This document shows, one piece after another, positions 38,530 through 51,484 of a DNA stretch of 64,000 nt. Numbering within the stretch: the first letter of the stretch is position 1; each line of letters begins with the position of its first letter. The notes beneath the pieces were generated by a model that saw only the letters and a program-made list of their open reading frames with translations, had not been told where the DNA came from and made no database searches. The stretch is taken from contig JARFYF010000029.1 in the NCBI GenBank assembly GCA_030265395.1, positions 30,675,979-30,739,978 on the forward strand, in the 5' to 3' direction. This DNA comes from Rhina ancylostomus. Its lineage: Eukaryota. Made by a program: the position numbers and the translations under genes.

Positions 38530-39510
38530 TGTATCTTTGCAGCTGTTAAGTGAGTAGGCAAAACTTTGGCATTTGGAGTATAAAGTGAGGAAATAGGAAG
38601 TTTTCACCAAGAACTAGAAAAACAGAACGCTGTTTAAATGGAGAGAGACTACAGAATGCTGCTGTACAAAGGAATCTACCTGTCCATGTACTTGAAATAC
38701 AGAAAATTTGCAGACACAACAAATCATGTACGAGGCAAATGGAAAATTGGCCATTATTGGATGGGGATGGAGTATAAAACCCCTGAGGGAAGTCTTGCTA
38801 CAACTGGTCAAGGAATTCGTATGACCACAGCTGGAGTACTGCAAACAGTTTTGGTCCCCTTATTTAAGAAAGCTACACTTACATTGGCAGCAGATTATGG
38901 AAGGTTCACTAGGTTGATTTCTGGGATGAAGATATTGTCATATGAAGAAAAATTGACCAAGTTGGGCCTTTACTCATTAGAGTTTAGAAAGACCTACACT
39001 CATTGGAGTTCGGAACAAGGAGATCAATCAAAACAACCTGATCAATCAAGGTGGTAGATAGTATAGATGCTGAGAGGATGTTTTCCCTCATGGGGAAATC
39101 TAGCATTAGAGGCCTTTGTTTCAAAATAAGGAGTCAGTCATTAAAGATGGTGAGGAGGAGGAATTTGTTCTCACTAAATGTCATGAATCTTTGCAGTTCT
39201 TAACCCCAGAGAGCTGTGGAGGCTGAATCACCGAGTATATGCAATAAGACAGAGTTCTGATCAATAGGGGAGTTGTGGGTTAACAAAGCAGAAAATGCTA
39301 GAAGAACTCAACCAGTCAAGCAGCAAAGCAGCATCTGTGGAAAGACAAACCAGTTAACATATTGGGTCAGGGACCCTTGAAGATTACAGAGGGCAGGCAA
39401 GAAAGTAGATCTAAGGCAAAGATTGGATCAGCCATGATCCAGTTCGATGTTAGAACAGGCTTATGATGCCATATGACCTACTGCTGCTTATAATTTATAT
39501 ATTCTTGTTT
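38530..39510 (+). mobile_element. CR1 LINE 3' portion with nested MITE fragment
   Basis: ORF 38638..39057 RFTRLISGMKILSYEEKLTKLGLYSLEFR; 3' UTR gatcagccatgatc. Confidence 0.85.
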
Positions 39511-39630
39511 TAAATTAATTATTAAGAAATAGTATTTTAAGCTATATTTTATTATCTAATGAAAGCTATTCACTGATTGTTAGAATGTTTTCATTGAAGT
39601 GTTTCTGAAAAATACTTTTATTAATTGCAG

Positions 39631-39654
39631 AGTGCAAATTCTATAAGGCGTCCT
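39631..39654 (+). CDS. OTOGL: otogelin-like 24-nt microexon (SANSIRRP)
   Basis: ttgcag|AGTGCAAATTCTATAAGGCGTCCT|gtaagt; strong sites, phase 0-0; resembles the NGNSLKKL stretch recalled for OTOGL. Confidence 0.75.
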
Positions 39655-39773
39655 GTAAGTAAATGACAATTATTTTAACTTAATTTTGATATTGCTCATT
39701 TCAAGTTATTATCAACATAGAGTATTTGTTTTTGCAATTTTGTTCACCCAGTCTCATTGCTTTTGCCGTTAAG

Positions 39774-39863
39774 GTGCCTGGAGGAAACTCTGGATTATGC
39801 TTTAAAAAGCTGAACATAACCTCACGTAACCACAGAGTTCTCATCGATCGACTTGAAAGACTG
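39774..39863 (+). CDS. OTOGL: otogelin-like exon, VWD
   Basis: gttaag|VPGGNSGLCFKKLNITSRNHRVLIDRLERL|gtgagt; the upstream cag at 39751 would be out of frame. Confidence 0.85.
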
Positions 39864-40301
39864 GTGAGTGTGAGACTGAAAAAATTTAAGTACAATTGCT
39901 AATCACTTTTGCATTCATTTTGTAAATTTACTACTGCTGTTACTAATAAGTTGCAAATGCAAAATGAATATATTATTTAGACAAAAATCACCCACAAATA
40001 ATAATTTGTCTTTTCTTTGCCTTGTGATACTTGATCATTTCCTGATTTTCTTGTTATTTTTTTCACAATATTTACACTCCCAGCTCTCAGGGATATCATT
40101 CATAGAGTTAAGCAATCATTAATTATGATGCTCTTGATAAAACACAAGCACTTATATTTTCCTTCTGCCTCAAAAGCTGGGCCAATATTGGCCTTCCAGA
40201 ACAATTGGGTACAGGGAACAATTCCTAGTCCTGAATGGGTGGATTCACTCGGCAGTCCCGGACTGTTTTCTAGAGTAGTGGCTTTGAAATTCTTGAGGAA
40301 A

Positions 40302-40745
40302 GTATTGGTATTGTTATTGGTTTATTATTGTTACTTATACTGAGGTACAGTGAAAGGCTTGTCTTACAAACCGATCGTACAGGTCAATTCATTACATGGT
40401 GCAGTTACATTGAGTTAGTACAGAGTGCATTGAGGTAGTACAGGTAAAANNNNNNNNNNNNNNNNNNNNNNNNNNNNNNNNNNNNNNNNNNNNNNNNNNN
40501 NNNNNNNNNNNNNNNNNNNNNNNNNNNNNNNNNNNNNNNNNNNNNNNNNGGCTCCTGTATCTTCTACCCAATGGAAGAGGAGAGAAGAGAGAATGTCCCA
40601 GGTGGGTGGGGTCTTTGATTATGCTGCCTGCTTCACCAAGACAACGAGAGGTAAAACAGAGTCCAGGGAGGGGAGGCTGGTGTCTGTGATGCGCTGGGCT
40701 GTGTCCACAACTCTGCAACTTCTTGCGGTCCTGGGCAGAGCAGGT
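40302..40745 (-). mobile_element. Rex1/Babar-type LINE 3' end (interrupted by gap)
   Basis: ORF 40392..40718(-) TSRCLGEAGSIIKDPTHLGHSLFSPLPLGRRYRS; short-repeat tail tattggtattgttattgg. Confidence 0.7.
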
Positions 40746-40759
40746 GGCTGGGAAGGAAG

Positions 40760-41265
40760 AAGATTGAGGGAAATCATAGTGAATCTTTACAAAACATTGG
40801 TTGGGTTAATACTGAAGTATTGTGGACAGTTCTGGGTGCTGCACCTTAGGAAAGATGTAAAAGGTTTGCAAAGAGTATAGAAGAAATTTACCAAAAGGAT
40901 TCTGGACATGAGAACTTTAGTTATGTGGATCAACTGGAGAAATTGGAGTTATTCTCCTTGGAACTGAGGAACCTGTAAGCAAATCTGATGTAGGTATTTG
41001 AAATCTTGAAGGATAGAGACAGGATATATAGAGAGAAACTGCTCCCATTGGTAGAGAGGTGAAGAACTAGGAGACATAGAATGAAGGGGATTGATAACAG
41101 AAACAAAAGCGAAATGAGGATTTTTTTTCTTTTATGCAATAAGTAGGTAGGATATGAATTGCACTCCCACAGGTAATTGTGGAGGCAGATGGCATGTAGT
41201 GCATTGTTTGCATAGAGCTGGTATGAATTTGATGAGCTGAATGGTCTCCTTCCATGCTGTAAGCC
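40760..41265 (+). mobile_element. CR1 LINE 3' portion
   Basis: LYKTLVGLILKYCGQFWVLHLRKDVKGLQRV in ORF 40593..40880. Confidence 0.8.
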
Positions 41266-42101
41266 AATCTTGGGAGACAACTTGGAAAGAAGGTGATTGA
41301 GAGTGGGCAGGATGTGGACCTTGGTGTGACTGGGGAGGAAGACGTTTCAGAGGAAATGCAGATGGGAAATAAAATAATTGAGATATGACAGAGAAAGAAG
41401 ATGATTTAAAAAGGAGCAAACAGGAAAGAATGTAATTAGTCGTGGTTGACTGAGAAAGACCTGTGGGGTGGGATGCAACTAAGAAAGCAAACAACCGGAG
41501 AGTTGGTGGCTTAGAAGGAAGCCAATTGATGGGAGGTACTGAGAAAGGAGTAATTAGGTAATTTGGAGGTTGTGACAGGGAAGGTGACAAAGAGCAAGAA
41601 CCAAAGGAATTGGGAGGAGGGTGATCAAGTTGAAAGTGAAATCTAGAAGGAAGATGAGCAGTGGGGACAACTAGGGGTGGGCAGGGTCTACAGGACTGCA
41701 CTTGAGTTGGGAAAAGTTTGACACAGTGAATTAAACACCCTTAAGACTTGAATTTAATTATAACCCAATCAAGAGTATGAAAGTCTGCAGTCTCTGCCAG
41801 TTTTTGAGTACTATGTGAATTAAGTTTGAAGAGTCTCATACTGATTCCAAGTGAGCCTCAGCAAAAAGTGTGTTCATAATTTGCTACTTAGTTTTGAAAA
41901 TGAGGTATTTTGACTTCTGTTAGCTTATCTGAAGCTAAAAGACAAGGTCTTTTATGGGCTAAAAGACAAGGGTTAGATGGCATTGCGGCTTAAATAAATT
42001 CACTGTAAATACATTTTATATTGGTTAATAAAAATGTGTAATTATTCAATGGGTTGTACATTGTTTGAAAAGTTTATAGTTGTATTTATTTTTATTTACA
42101 G

Positions 42102-42291
42102 ACAACAGTAAACTCTAGACCTGCTCGACTCCCCTTCACAAAATTAGGCTTCCACATACAGGACACTGGAGCAATGTACCTGATTGGAACCCCAGCTGGT
42201 GTTACTATTCAGTGGTATCGTAGCACGGGCATCATTGTGTTAGAATTTGGTTTGCCTTCCAACAGAACCATAGGAACTAAAGGTTTATGCG
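42102..42291 (+). CDS. OTOGL: otogelin-like exon, VWD
   Basis: ttacag|TTVNSRPARLPFTKLGFHIQDTGAMYLIGTPAGVTIQWYRSTGIIVLEFGLPSNRTIGTKGLC G|gtgagt. Confidence 0.92.
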
Positions 42292-43139
42292 GTGAGTATA
42301 CCATTGATGCAAGGCCTAAAGATTCTTCAAGGGATGAAAAGTCATTGAAATGGCACAATGTAGGAGACCAGCATTGATTTTTAAGGGAGACCTTGGGGAG
42401 GTGGGAGATAGGGGTGGGGGGTGAAACTAGATTTGTTCCTGTGTGGCAGGAGGTTAGGGGTTCGGCATCTCATGGGACATTATGCCATAGTAGGTGGGCA
42501 CAAAGGGCAAGGATCCTGGTTGGGGCTCACCCCATGATAAACAAAAGATTTGCCTGGAAGAAGGATGCCCTTGGGAGCATCCCAAAGGAATGAACATTCC
42601 CTACAGGTCTCCCTGGCAATGTCCTTGGTAGTTGTTGCAGTCAAAACCTGTGCCATGGTATTCAGGTTAGAAAATACTAAATACAACCCCCAGTTTAACA
42701 TGATTGTATTTAGTATTTTCAATTTCGTCAGTGTATAAGTTCATTATCTGTACAGCATATATTATGCACAACTTTCAGAAGCATGTTTTGAGTACATATG
42801 AATTAGTTTCAGATAGAAATCTACCACATAGTGAACTAAAAGCATTGCCTTCTGCAATAGTATTCTAGCCAATTTAAATGAATGTAAAAGCTTTTGATTT
42901 AAATTAATGCTACTTAGCACTTTTAACACATTTGTGAAGATTTTCCAGAAAAAAACACGTTACAGTAATAATGTTACATTTAGTAAAATGGGTGGCAGTT
43001 TGGAATAAAATAGCAGACTAAGCAAAGCCATAAGTTGTTCTTGTGCTGAAGAGAATAACCTGTGAATGAATTTACCTGTTGATATTGAAATTATTATTGT
43101 TACGTTCATTGTACAATATTCAAGTTAACAAATTACATA

Positions 43140-43670
43140 GAAGAACACAAGAAAATAAGAGCAGGACACTTGGCCCCTCAAGACTGACTTGCCATTCAAT
43201 ATGATCATGGATAATTTTNNNNNNNNNNNNNNNNNNNNNNNNNNNNNNNNNNNNNNNNNNNNNNNNNNNNNNNNNNNNNNNNNNNNNNNNNNNNNNNNNN
43301 NNNNNNNNNNNNNNNNNNNNNNNNNNNNNNNNNNNNNNNNNNNNNNNNNNNNNNNNNNNNNNNNNNNNNNNNNNNNNNNNNNNNNNNNNNNNNNNNNNNN
43401 NNNNNNNNNNNNNNNNNNNNNNNNNNNNNNNNNNNNNNNNNNNNNNNNNNNNNNNNNNNNNNNNNNNNNNNNNNNNNNNNNNNNNNNNNNNNNNNNNNNN
43501 NNNNNNNNNNNNNNNNNNNNNNNNNNNNNNNNNNNNNNNNNNNNNNNNNNNNNNNNNNNNNNNNNNNNNNNNNNNNNNNNNNNNNNNNNNNNNNNNNNNN
43601 NNNNNNNNNNNNNNNNNNNNCAAGGTATTCATTCTTAAATGAGGGGACCAAAATTGTGCGCAATAATCCA
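43140..43670 (-). mobile_element. CR1 LINE fragment spanning an N gap
   Basis: YCAQFWSPHLR on - strand and CR1 3' UTR ccattcaatatgatcatgg. Confidence 0.7.
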
Positions 43671-44543
43671 CAATAATAAAATCAATTCTTTTGCTTTGAA
43701 GCAGGGTACAGCTAGAAATTATCGAGGAACAATTACAAATTTAGTCACGTTGTCTACATGGGAGAATACATAATAATTTAATTCTAACTGCTTTTGGAAG
43801 GGTGTGTGGACCATAAATATATTTATCAGCATATGCGCGAGTCCTAATTATGACAGAGGAGCATGCCCATTTCTACTCACCCCACCTTCGTACACCATTG
43901 TCTTTCCCCTTTCTCTTGAAGTCTTTGACAATTTGGGGGTTATGATTGTATGCAAACTGACAACTCTCTAATAGTTTATAGAAATGCTCATACTTCACAT
44001 GTGATGAGAATATTTCCTCTCAGAGTGAATCTCAGTCAGAGTGTTGCCGTCCAATAATAATTTTTTGATGCATGTGAGATCCAGTGAAATTCCCTAAATT
44101 TTGACAAAGAGAGCAAACTTTGGTAGATTTTGTCTGAGCTGAGCTTTGCAAAGTCAAATGAAACATGTACAATTAACACACTGGCTGCATTTGGTTAACT
44201 CAGCACAAGCTAAAAATTATAACCTGTGACTTTCTGGCCTGAATGTATAGAATACACACAATACTGGTATTCTAAACTTGGTTGGTTAATGAATTGCCAC
44301 ACACAAAATTGCACAAATATATGATGTTATAAATAATAATTCTATTATATTCAGTAGTTTATAATTCCAACACTGAAACCATATTTTTTTTAACATTCAT
44401 TGGAAGATGTTGGTTTGTTCAATGTTCTGGGCAATGCACACAAGTGGGATATCAACTTCAATTAGCTGACTATAAGAAAGTAGTTGTAAAATTGGTAATG
44501 TTATTGCAAATACTATGAGCCGATCAATGTCTGTTTGCTCCAG

Positions 44544-44764
44544 GCTGCTGCAATGGTAGCCCTGCTGATGACCTCAAGCTGCCAAATGGGACCTTTGTTA
44601 CAGAAGTGGAAAACATCGGACTTTTTCTTGAAAGCTGGATGGTTGAAACATCTGGACTAGAGAGGGATTGTTTTCGATGCCGAAAACAGAATTGCACCAC
44701 TGGTAACTGTACTGCTTGTTTTGAAATGTTGAATCAGAATCCTTGGATCCTATGTCATCAGCAT
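44544..44764 (+). CDS. OTOGL: otogelin-like exon, VWD end / C8 start
   Basis: ctccag|..CCNGSPADDLKLPNGTFVTEVENIGLFLESW...CFEMLNQNPWILCHQH|gtaagt. Confidence 0.92.
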
Positions 44765-45190
44765 GTAAGTAGAGAAAATCCCCATCCCATTTTTGAATTA
44801 TGTATTGTTAATAGTTGTATGCTAAAAAATATATGGAACTGTACTCATGTAAATATGAAACATTAACAATTGTTTTTTCATTGCCCCTTTATAGTTTGAC
44901 CTTATTTAATTTTGTGAAGTGCGTTCAAGTGGTAAGATTTAATAGTACAACATGTTTTAATGTAGGAGAGCAAATTAAAAGACTTCTACAATAATCAGAA
45001 AATGCATCAGGAAACCAGTTTTATAAACTCTCAGGGCATTAAGTAGCTATCAATCATCTTTGCAATCATGAACACTTTACAATATAAATTTTCAGTCTGA
45101 AATTGCTTGGGTAGGTATTTACTTTCTAATATGATTTATTTTCAAGCAATTCTACCTTCAGATGTTACAAAACAATGGCAAAGTAATTGA

Positions 45191-45371
45191 AATAAAAACC
45201 AAAAATGCTGGAAACACTCAGCAGGTCAGGCAGCATCTGTCAGAAAGGGGGATTGTATTAATGTTTCAGGTTGAAGACCCTTCACCCTTCATCAACATCC
45301 TGAAACACTAAATCTTCTTCCACAAATTTTACTTGACCTGCTGAGTGCTTCCATTGTTTTCTACTTTTATT
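45191..45371. mobile_element. palindromic MITE-like repeat (best-preserved copy of a family recurring ~10 times in the window)
   Basis: Left arm aataaaaaccaaaaatgctggaaacactcagcaggtca pairs with right arm tgacctgctgagtgcttccattgttttctacttttatt; related copies near 4873, 15290, 19060, 30580, 32070, 36830, 39290, 49470, 51960, 59170. Confidence 0.75.
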
Positions 45372-45562
45372 GCAGATTTCTAACATTTGGAATTTTATTT
45401 TGATTTCCATGAAAATTGATTTTGAGATTTATTTTAAATTTATAAACTAAATTGTTATAAAATAATTATATGGAGGAGCATTCATTAGGCGATGAGGCAA
45501 TGGATATAAAGGTTCCATTATTTGCTCATGTTCTTGTTCATAACTGTCTTGTTCATATTAAG

Positions 45563-45701
45563 GTCACTCCAGAAATATTTTGTGAGCTCTGGATTAGAGA
45601 TTTTCACTATGTGACACATCAGTGTGATGCTTTGGCTTTATATGCAGCCGCTTGTAATAAATACAATGTTTGTATTCCATGGAGAACTCCAGAATTTTGT
45701 C
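45563..45701 (+). CDS. OTOGL: otogelin-like exon, C8
   Basis: attaag|VTPEIFCELWIRDFHYVTHQCDALALYAAACNKYNVCIPWRTPEFC C|gtaagt. Confidence 0.92.
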
Positions 45702-46778
45702 GTAAGTATTTATATCTACCAACTTACTATTATCATTAATTATTATAAAATAATCATCATGAAACTACAGTGCCTAATCTTTTTGTTCTGTTTGGACAGA
45801 ATTCGTTTTTAAACAAATCTTCCTAGATTTGCATACAAAATGAAATGAAGAAAATGTTAGAGCAGAGTTAATTCCAGCTATTTCATGTTATTTTATCAAT
45901 GTCATTATAATAGTAAGGATTTTTATGTAGTTTTGCTGAAACTAAGTGAATGTATTTAATGAAAGTTGAAATTAAGTCTCCTCTTGATCCAATAATGTTA
46001 AGAAAAGTAATTAAGTAATACCAAATTATTCCAATCAGCAGCCTTGCTTTACCATTTCTAACCTGATTCTGTTTGCCTGGTAGCACATTTACCCCAAATC
46101 TAGGGTAGGCTTTCTCTCCAAACTGATTACCAATGTATTTACATTTTTCTATACTCTGGAAGTGGAAGATTGATTTCTCCATTCAAAGAAATGCTGCCAA
46201 GCCTTTCAACCAAACTCTCTACTATATTCTCCTAAGAATATGTTCTTTGTAGATAACTGCACTCAGATTAAGCATGAGTGTTTATTGCAATTTCCAAGCA
46301 AGCTTTTATTGTCTAAATTATTCCTGTTCATACTTTTCTTGAGTATCAAACTACTCTTCCCTGCCTTTACTGTTCCATTGGATTGAACCATTCAAGAGTT
46401 ACTTTAACTCGTTGTCACTGTAAGTGAAGCCATGGCTCTTTTTGTGGTGGTATAAGCAGAAATATGACACAAGGGCATTAATAAGTACATCATTAAATAT
46501 ATCATTATAGCACAAAACATTTTGCTAAGACTTTTGTGATAAAGAATCATAAATACAATTTTGAATGAACTTGAAATGCATAAAATTTTTAGAGATATTT
46601 TTAACAGGAATCATCTTAATAGTATACATTTGCCATTGGATTTGATGAACGGCAATACATAGAATTTTGATTTATGATATATTCTTAAGTAAAATGTCAA
46701 ATTTTAATGTGATTGCTTCAAGTCTACATTTTTAAAACTATATTTTTGCATTAATTTATTCCACTGTTGTACCAACAG

Positions 46779-46970
46779 CACTTAGCTGCCCTGTTGGCAT
46801 GGAATACCAACCTTGTGTGCCAGCTTGTGAAAGCAAAATGTGTCAGAATAAGGACTTCTATTTGGAACATGACCCCACTTGCTCATTCATCAGTGAGAGT
46901 TGTGTCTGTCCACGAGGAACTGTGCTTCACCAACCAGATTCCAACTACTGTGTTACCGAAGAAAAATGTG
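46779..46970 (+). CDS. OTOGL: otogelin-like exon, TIL
   Basis: caacag|..LSCPVGMEYQPCVPACESKMCQNKDFYLEHDPTCSFISESCVCPRGTVLHQPDSNYCVTEEKC G|gttagt. Confidence 0.92.
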
Positions 46971-47365
46971 GTTAGTGATCATAGCAGTTTACACTCATTA
47001 AAAAATAAAAATGATTCATCTGTAACCTAAGGTTATTTTTCAGGACTTGGGCTAATCACCAAATTGGCAATTGTATCTGACTTAGTTTAATTCTAATACA
47101 GAAGTGAATTTAGTGTGCATCATGACGTATTTCACAGATCCCTTGTCTGTAATAAAGGTAAATTACAGGAAAGTGAATGCCTTAGTTTCTATTAAGATGA
47201 CTGATATATTTTGAACAAACTAGTGCATGTAACTGTACCAGAGAGAAAATTAAACTCATAAATGAATGCATGAATTACATTTGACATTAGTTTAAAGCAT
47301 GGAAAATCATGTGATCTGAGCTTGAGAGTTGACTTTAACTATTTAAGTTCCTATTTTTTTTCCAG

Positions 47366-47578
47366 CTTGCACAGACAATGAAGGCCAACCACGATCAGCA
47401 GGTGAGACCTGGAATGGATCTCATAAAGGGTGCTGTATGTACAAGTGCTTGGATAATGGAACCATCACCGCCATAGAACCTGAATGTAGTGAAGTACCAT
47501 CACCAATCTGTGAAAGAGAAGGAGAGTTAATTATTGATGTAATTGAAGAGGGAGCATGCTGTCCAAAGAAGATTTGTG
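47366..47578 (+). CDS. OTOGL: otogelin-like exon, E/VWC-like Cys-rich
   Basis: ttccag|..CTDNEGQPRSAGETWNGSHKGCCMYKCLDNGTITAIEPEC...CCPKKIC G|gtatgt. Confidence 0.92.
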
Positions 47579-48178
47579 GTATGTGTAATTAGCATCAAAT
47601 AGCATAGTTCTGTTTTTAGAAATAAGTGTTCAATTGTCTGTTTTTCATGAACCACTGCCATCCATATATTGAAGGTATTGTGTAGTTAAGTAGAGACTTC
47701 CAGCCACAGCATCAGCAATATATTTCCAAGATAGGATGTTGTATGACTTGCAGGAGAACATACAGGTATCGTTGCTTCCATGTTTTCCTTGTCCTAGGTG
47801 CTAGAACTTGCAGGATGGGAGAAAATTTAAAGAGAGGAATGTTTTATACTGCCACAAACTGAAGGCAATTCCTCTTATTATTCTGATAATCTTGTCAATT
47901 GAGTCAAAGCATTGGCTGGGTCTTCCCCGAGGCCCAACTCTGAAAAAGAATTGCTAGCATCTGTTTTAATTTTTCTCTTGGGGAATAAATCAGCCTTCTG
48001 CTCCCTTCAATGACAATGATATCTCAGAATTAAATAAATTAAATGTTAATAAATGATTTTATAATTTGGCTTTTTGTAAATATCTGATTGTGTACTATAT
48101 TTATTACTTGTAAATATTTTTGAAAAAATATCAAGTATGAAAGATTGAAAGATTTTTAACCACTTGCATTTTCTTCAG

Positions 48179-48283
48179 AATGTAATTTGACTATTTGTGG
48201 AAGTGATGTGCTGACATGTGAAAATGGAGATAAACTGATGATAGGCTACAGTGCCATCTCCTGCTGTCCTGAGTACCGATGTG
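48179..48283 (+). CDS. OTOGL: otogelin-like exon, VWC-like repeat
   Basis: cttcag|ECNLTICGSDVLTCENGDKLMIGYSAISCCPEYRC G|gtaagt. Confidence 0.9.
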
Positions 48284-48779
48284 GTAAGTTTACAGAAACT
48301 TACAACACAGATTGATGTTTAAGAAATGTAGGAAATCATTTCCGCTTTGTAAGTAGACAGAAATCTAATAGTTGTGAATCAGTGCTTTTTGAATGTCTTG
48401 CCTGATTTTTCTTCTCTTCAACCCAATGGAATAAAACAAAAGTCAGGTAAACATTTGTTGATCAATGCATAATCATAAGTAACATTTGACAGGAAGCATT
48501 CCCTAATGAAGATTTCATATGTTTAAAAATATTGAATAAAAACGAGCAGTATTTTTTCTAGACACTTTTCCAGAGTGTATACCTATTATCGCATAAAGTA
48601 ATGGGTTAAACAAGAATGATATAGCCACTTGCAACAAATTTAACTTTGCAAATTTGCCATTGTTTTCTTTATTTTCTTAATTGAATATACTTTACATTGC
48701 TATAATATATCTAAATAAGTATTTCTTGCCATGTTTTTAAATGTACTATAGTGTTGTTAATTTTGATGTTAAAACACAG

Positions 48780-48887
48780 AATGTGATCCTCTGGCATGTC
48801 CAACCAGTTCACCACCAGTATGCAGGGAGGACCAGTTTCTTGTTGAAGTGCGAATAGGTGATTCTTGCTGTTTCTCATTTCAGTGCG
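48780..48887 (+). CDS. OTOGL: otogelin-like exon, VWC-like repeat
   Basis: acacag|ECDPLACPTSSPPVCREDQFLVEVRIGDSCCFSFQC G|gtgagt. Confidence 0.9.
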
Positions 48888-49938
48888 GTGAGTTAATGTT
48901 ATCCCAGTTTGTTGTTTTTGCACTGGAAGCATGTTTTATAACAGAAGGATAGTCTCCATGTATGGATATACTTATGTTGTGAACTGAGGTATTCCACGTT
49001 ATGTGAATCAGATGGCTTGTCATGGGACTATTACCCATTTATACTGTACAACATGATGGATTGTCTAATAGGAACCTATCATATTTTATTGTTCGCTTTG
49101 AAAGACAAGAAGTACTTTGGCCCTCCCTTACATTTCTGGTACTGGCAAGGTGCAGGGGGAGTGCTACAGCCAGTATTTTATCCCTCCTTGATGTATATCT
49201 GCTGGAATTGTAGATAGTTGTAGAAAAATTCTTTTCTCTTGTGATTCCAACTAAGAGAAGGATCTTTAATTTCACATTATTCTATCTGACTAAACTCATA
49301 ACAAGCATGATATACCACAATATATGTTTTTATTATAAGCTTGATGTAGTTCTCTTTCAACTTTAGAATATTATGACTTGCATATTGAAAATCTTTCCAT
49401 TTACAAGTCAGACTGAAATCCTCCACCAGTTATGATTTTGCCTTTCACAATAGCAAGCATAAATAAAAACAAACTGCTGGAAAAACTCAGCAGGTCAGAC
49501 AGTATCTGTGGAAAGGGAGACTGTTAATATTTCAGGCCCAGGATCCTTCATAAGAAGCACTTCTGTAGGAATTGATTTCCATAGTACCAAGCATGATGTG
49601 AAGGAGGTGAGACTGGAAAGGAAGTCCAATAACAATTTTTTAAAGTGCCTTAATTGATCAATGCAATTAACAGTTTTCTGTGGGAATTATTTTGAACTTT
49701 ATAGAAAATGTTGATTCATATTGGGGGGGAAATGACACTAGCAGTTACATATTATAGCTACAGACTTGTATATTATAACTTTTATAAGAAATAATTTCTT
49801 TCATCAGATAGTTTTTAAAATTACATCTTCTGTGCTGTTATGGTTGGCTATAGTGGTTAGCACAATACCCTACTTTATATTAAGGCGGTTAGTGAGTTAT
49901 TTACTGTAAATTTCAAAATTGTCTTTCCAATTTTGTAG

Positions 49939-50040
49939 TGTGCGAGTCATGCATTGACCCAATTCCTACATGCAATGAAGGAGATGTTCTTGCAGTAGAT
50001 CTCAACACTGTCGATCGTTGCTGTCCGCTCTACCATTGCG
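49939..50040 (+). CDS. OTOGL: otogelin-like exon, VWC-like repeat
   Basis: ttgtag|VCESCIDPIPTCNEGDVLAVDLNTVDRCCPLYHC G|gtgagt. Confidence 0.9.
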
Positions 50041-51019
50041 GTGAGTGAAATATCAACTTTGCTATTTCTGTTTGCTGAGCAATTCGTATAACGTTCAGTT
50101 GGTATTCTTGGACATACAGGATGATGAATAAAATAACTTGCCACCTTTGGGAAGAATCTTCCTTGATATGTACTAAAAATTTTAAAGACTTTTTCTGCTA
50201 CATTTCTTTCTTAACATTACGATTATCCAGAATTGAATTAAACTATCAGCTTTTGCATTTTCAAGATAGAATAATTATTAATAGAATTAAATCTTCTCCT
50301 GGTTTCTGATTTTCTATGTTACAATACCAAGCATTGGTAGGAAGAAGGTCAGATTGTAAAGGTAATCTATTCACAAAAGTTTCCAAAATGCATGGGGGAA
50401 GCAATTATTTTATCTGAAGCCGTAGAATGTTTCTTAAAATGTGTATGTTGAGAAGGAATGAAGGGATAAATTGAATGTGGATAAGGTTTATATAGGTCAG
50501 CACAACATCATGGGCCAAAGGGTCCATACTGCGCTGTACTGTTCTATGGAAACATCTTTTCCACCTTTTCTCTACCTCTTCTCTATCCTTCCACAATCTT
50601 TTTGACCTCTTTCAGAACATTTCCAGGGAAATGAGCTGTAGTCTGTGCTCAATCTTTCCTGAAATGCATGACCTTTCAGTTCTAGAGATACTCAGTGGAG
50701 TGAGTTAATGTATGTGCTTTGTTAGTTATATGCAAAATGATGGGAAAAAAGACAAGGATGATGGTAGGTATTAGGAATCAATGGAGGGGTGTGATTGACT
50801 GCTAACATCTGGTATCTGTGTCTGTATTTCTGAAATTCCCTTTCTTCAGCTGAGTTTATGAATGATCTTTCCCCATTGTGAGATTTTTTCCTGATGCCTC
50901 TTCATTTCTGCCATCCTTTTTGCCTCTGCTCATGGCTTCAGTATGCACCCATCCAAGCATAATGGCACTTCACAGTCTCTGAAAAAGTGCATGGATAATC
51001 CATAACTTTCAAATCCTCC

Positions 51020-51250
51020 TCAAGACACACAGCATTCTGACTTGGAAGTATATTGCTGCTGCTTCATTATCCCTGGGTCAACATCCTGGATCTCTCTAAA
51101 CCTCACAATTCTGGACCTGGCTGCAGCATCTGGAGCAGTATGTTTTAGGCTGATGGTTCACCATCATTTCCTCTAGAGTAACAAGGGATAGGCATTAAAT
51201 ACTCACCTTGATAGCAATGCCCATATCCCATTGAAAGAATAAAATAAAAT
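51020..51250 (+). mobile_element. L2-like LINE 3' end
   Basis: ctgacttggaagtatattgc..tcaccatcat..gggataggcattaaat..gcccatatccc followed by an A-rich tail. Confidence 0.6.
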
Positions 51251-51484
51251 TACTATCTACTCCCTCTATAGGATTGTCAACAAAAGAAATTAGAGTTTTA
51301 ATGGATGTAGATAAATACTATAACAGTTTTGGCTCCTTTGTTTTGGTTTAATTTATTTTATCCAGCAGTTTTAAGAGAAAATAGTACACACCACTTGAAT
51401 TGAGCAACGATCTGGTATATCTACCCTTTTCAATTCAAATAATTTAATAATTTTTTGTATTTCTTAATTTCTTCTTAACTGCAG

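Noticed and set aside
41132-41701. 189-aa Pro/Ser-rich ORF on the minus strand
   Set aside because: Antisense reading of purine-rich degraded repeat sequence overlapping a CR1 tail; no domain or splice support.
43120-43671. Long ORFs (149-183 aa) in the ORF track
   Set aside because: They consist almost entirely of X from an N gap within a CR1 fragment.
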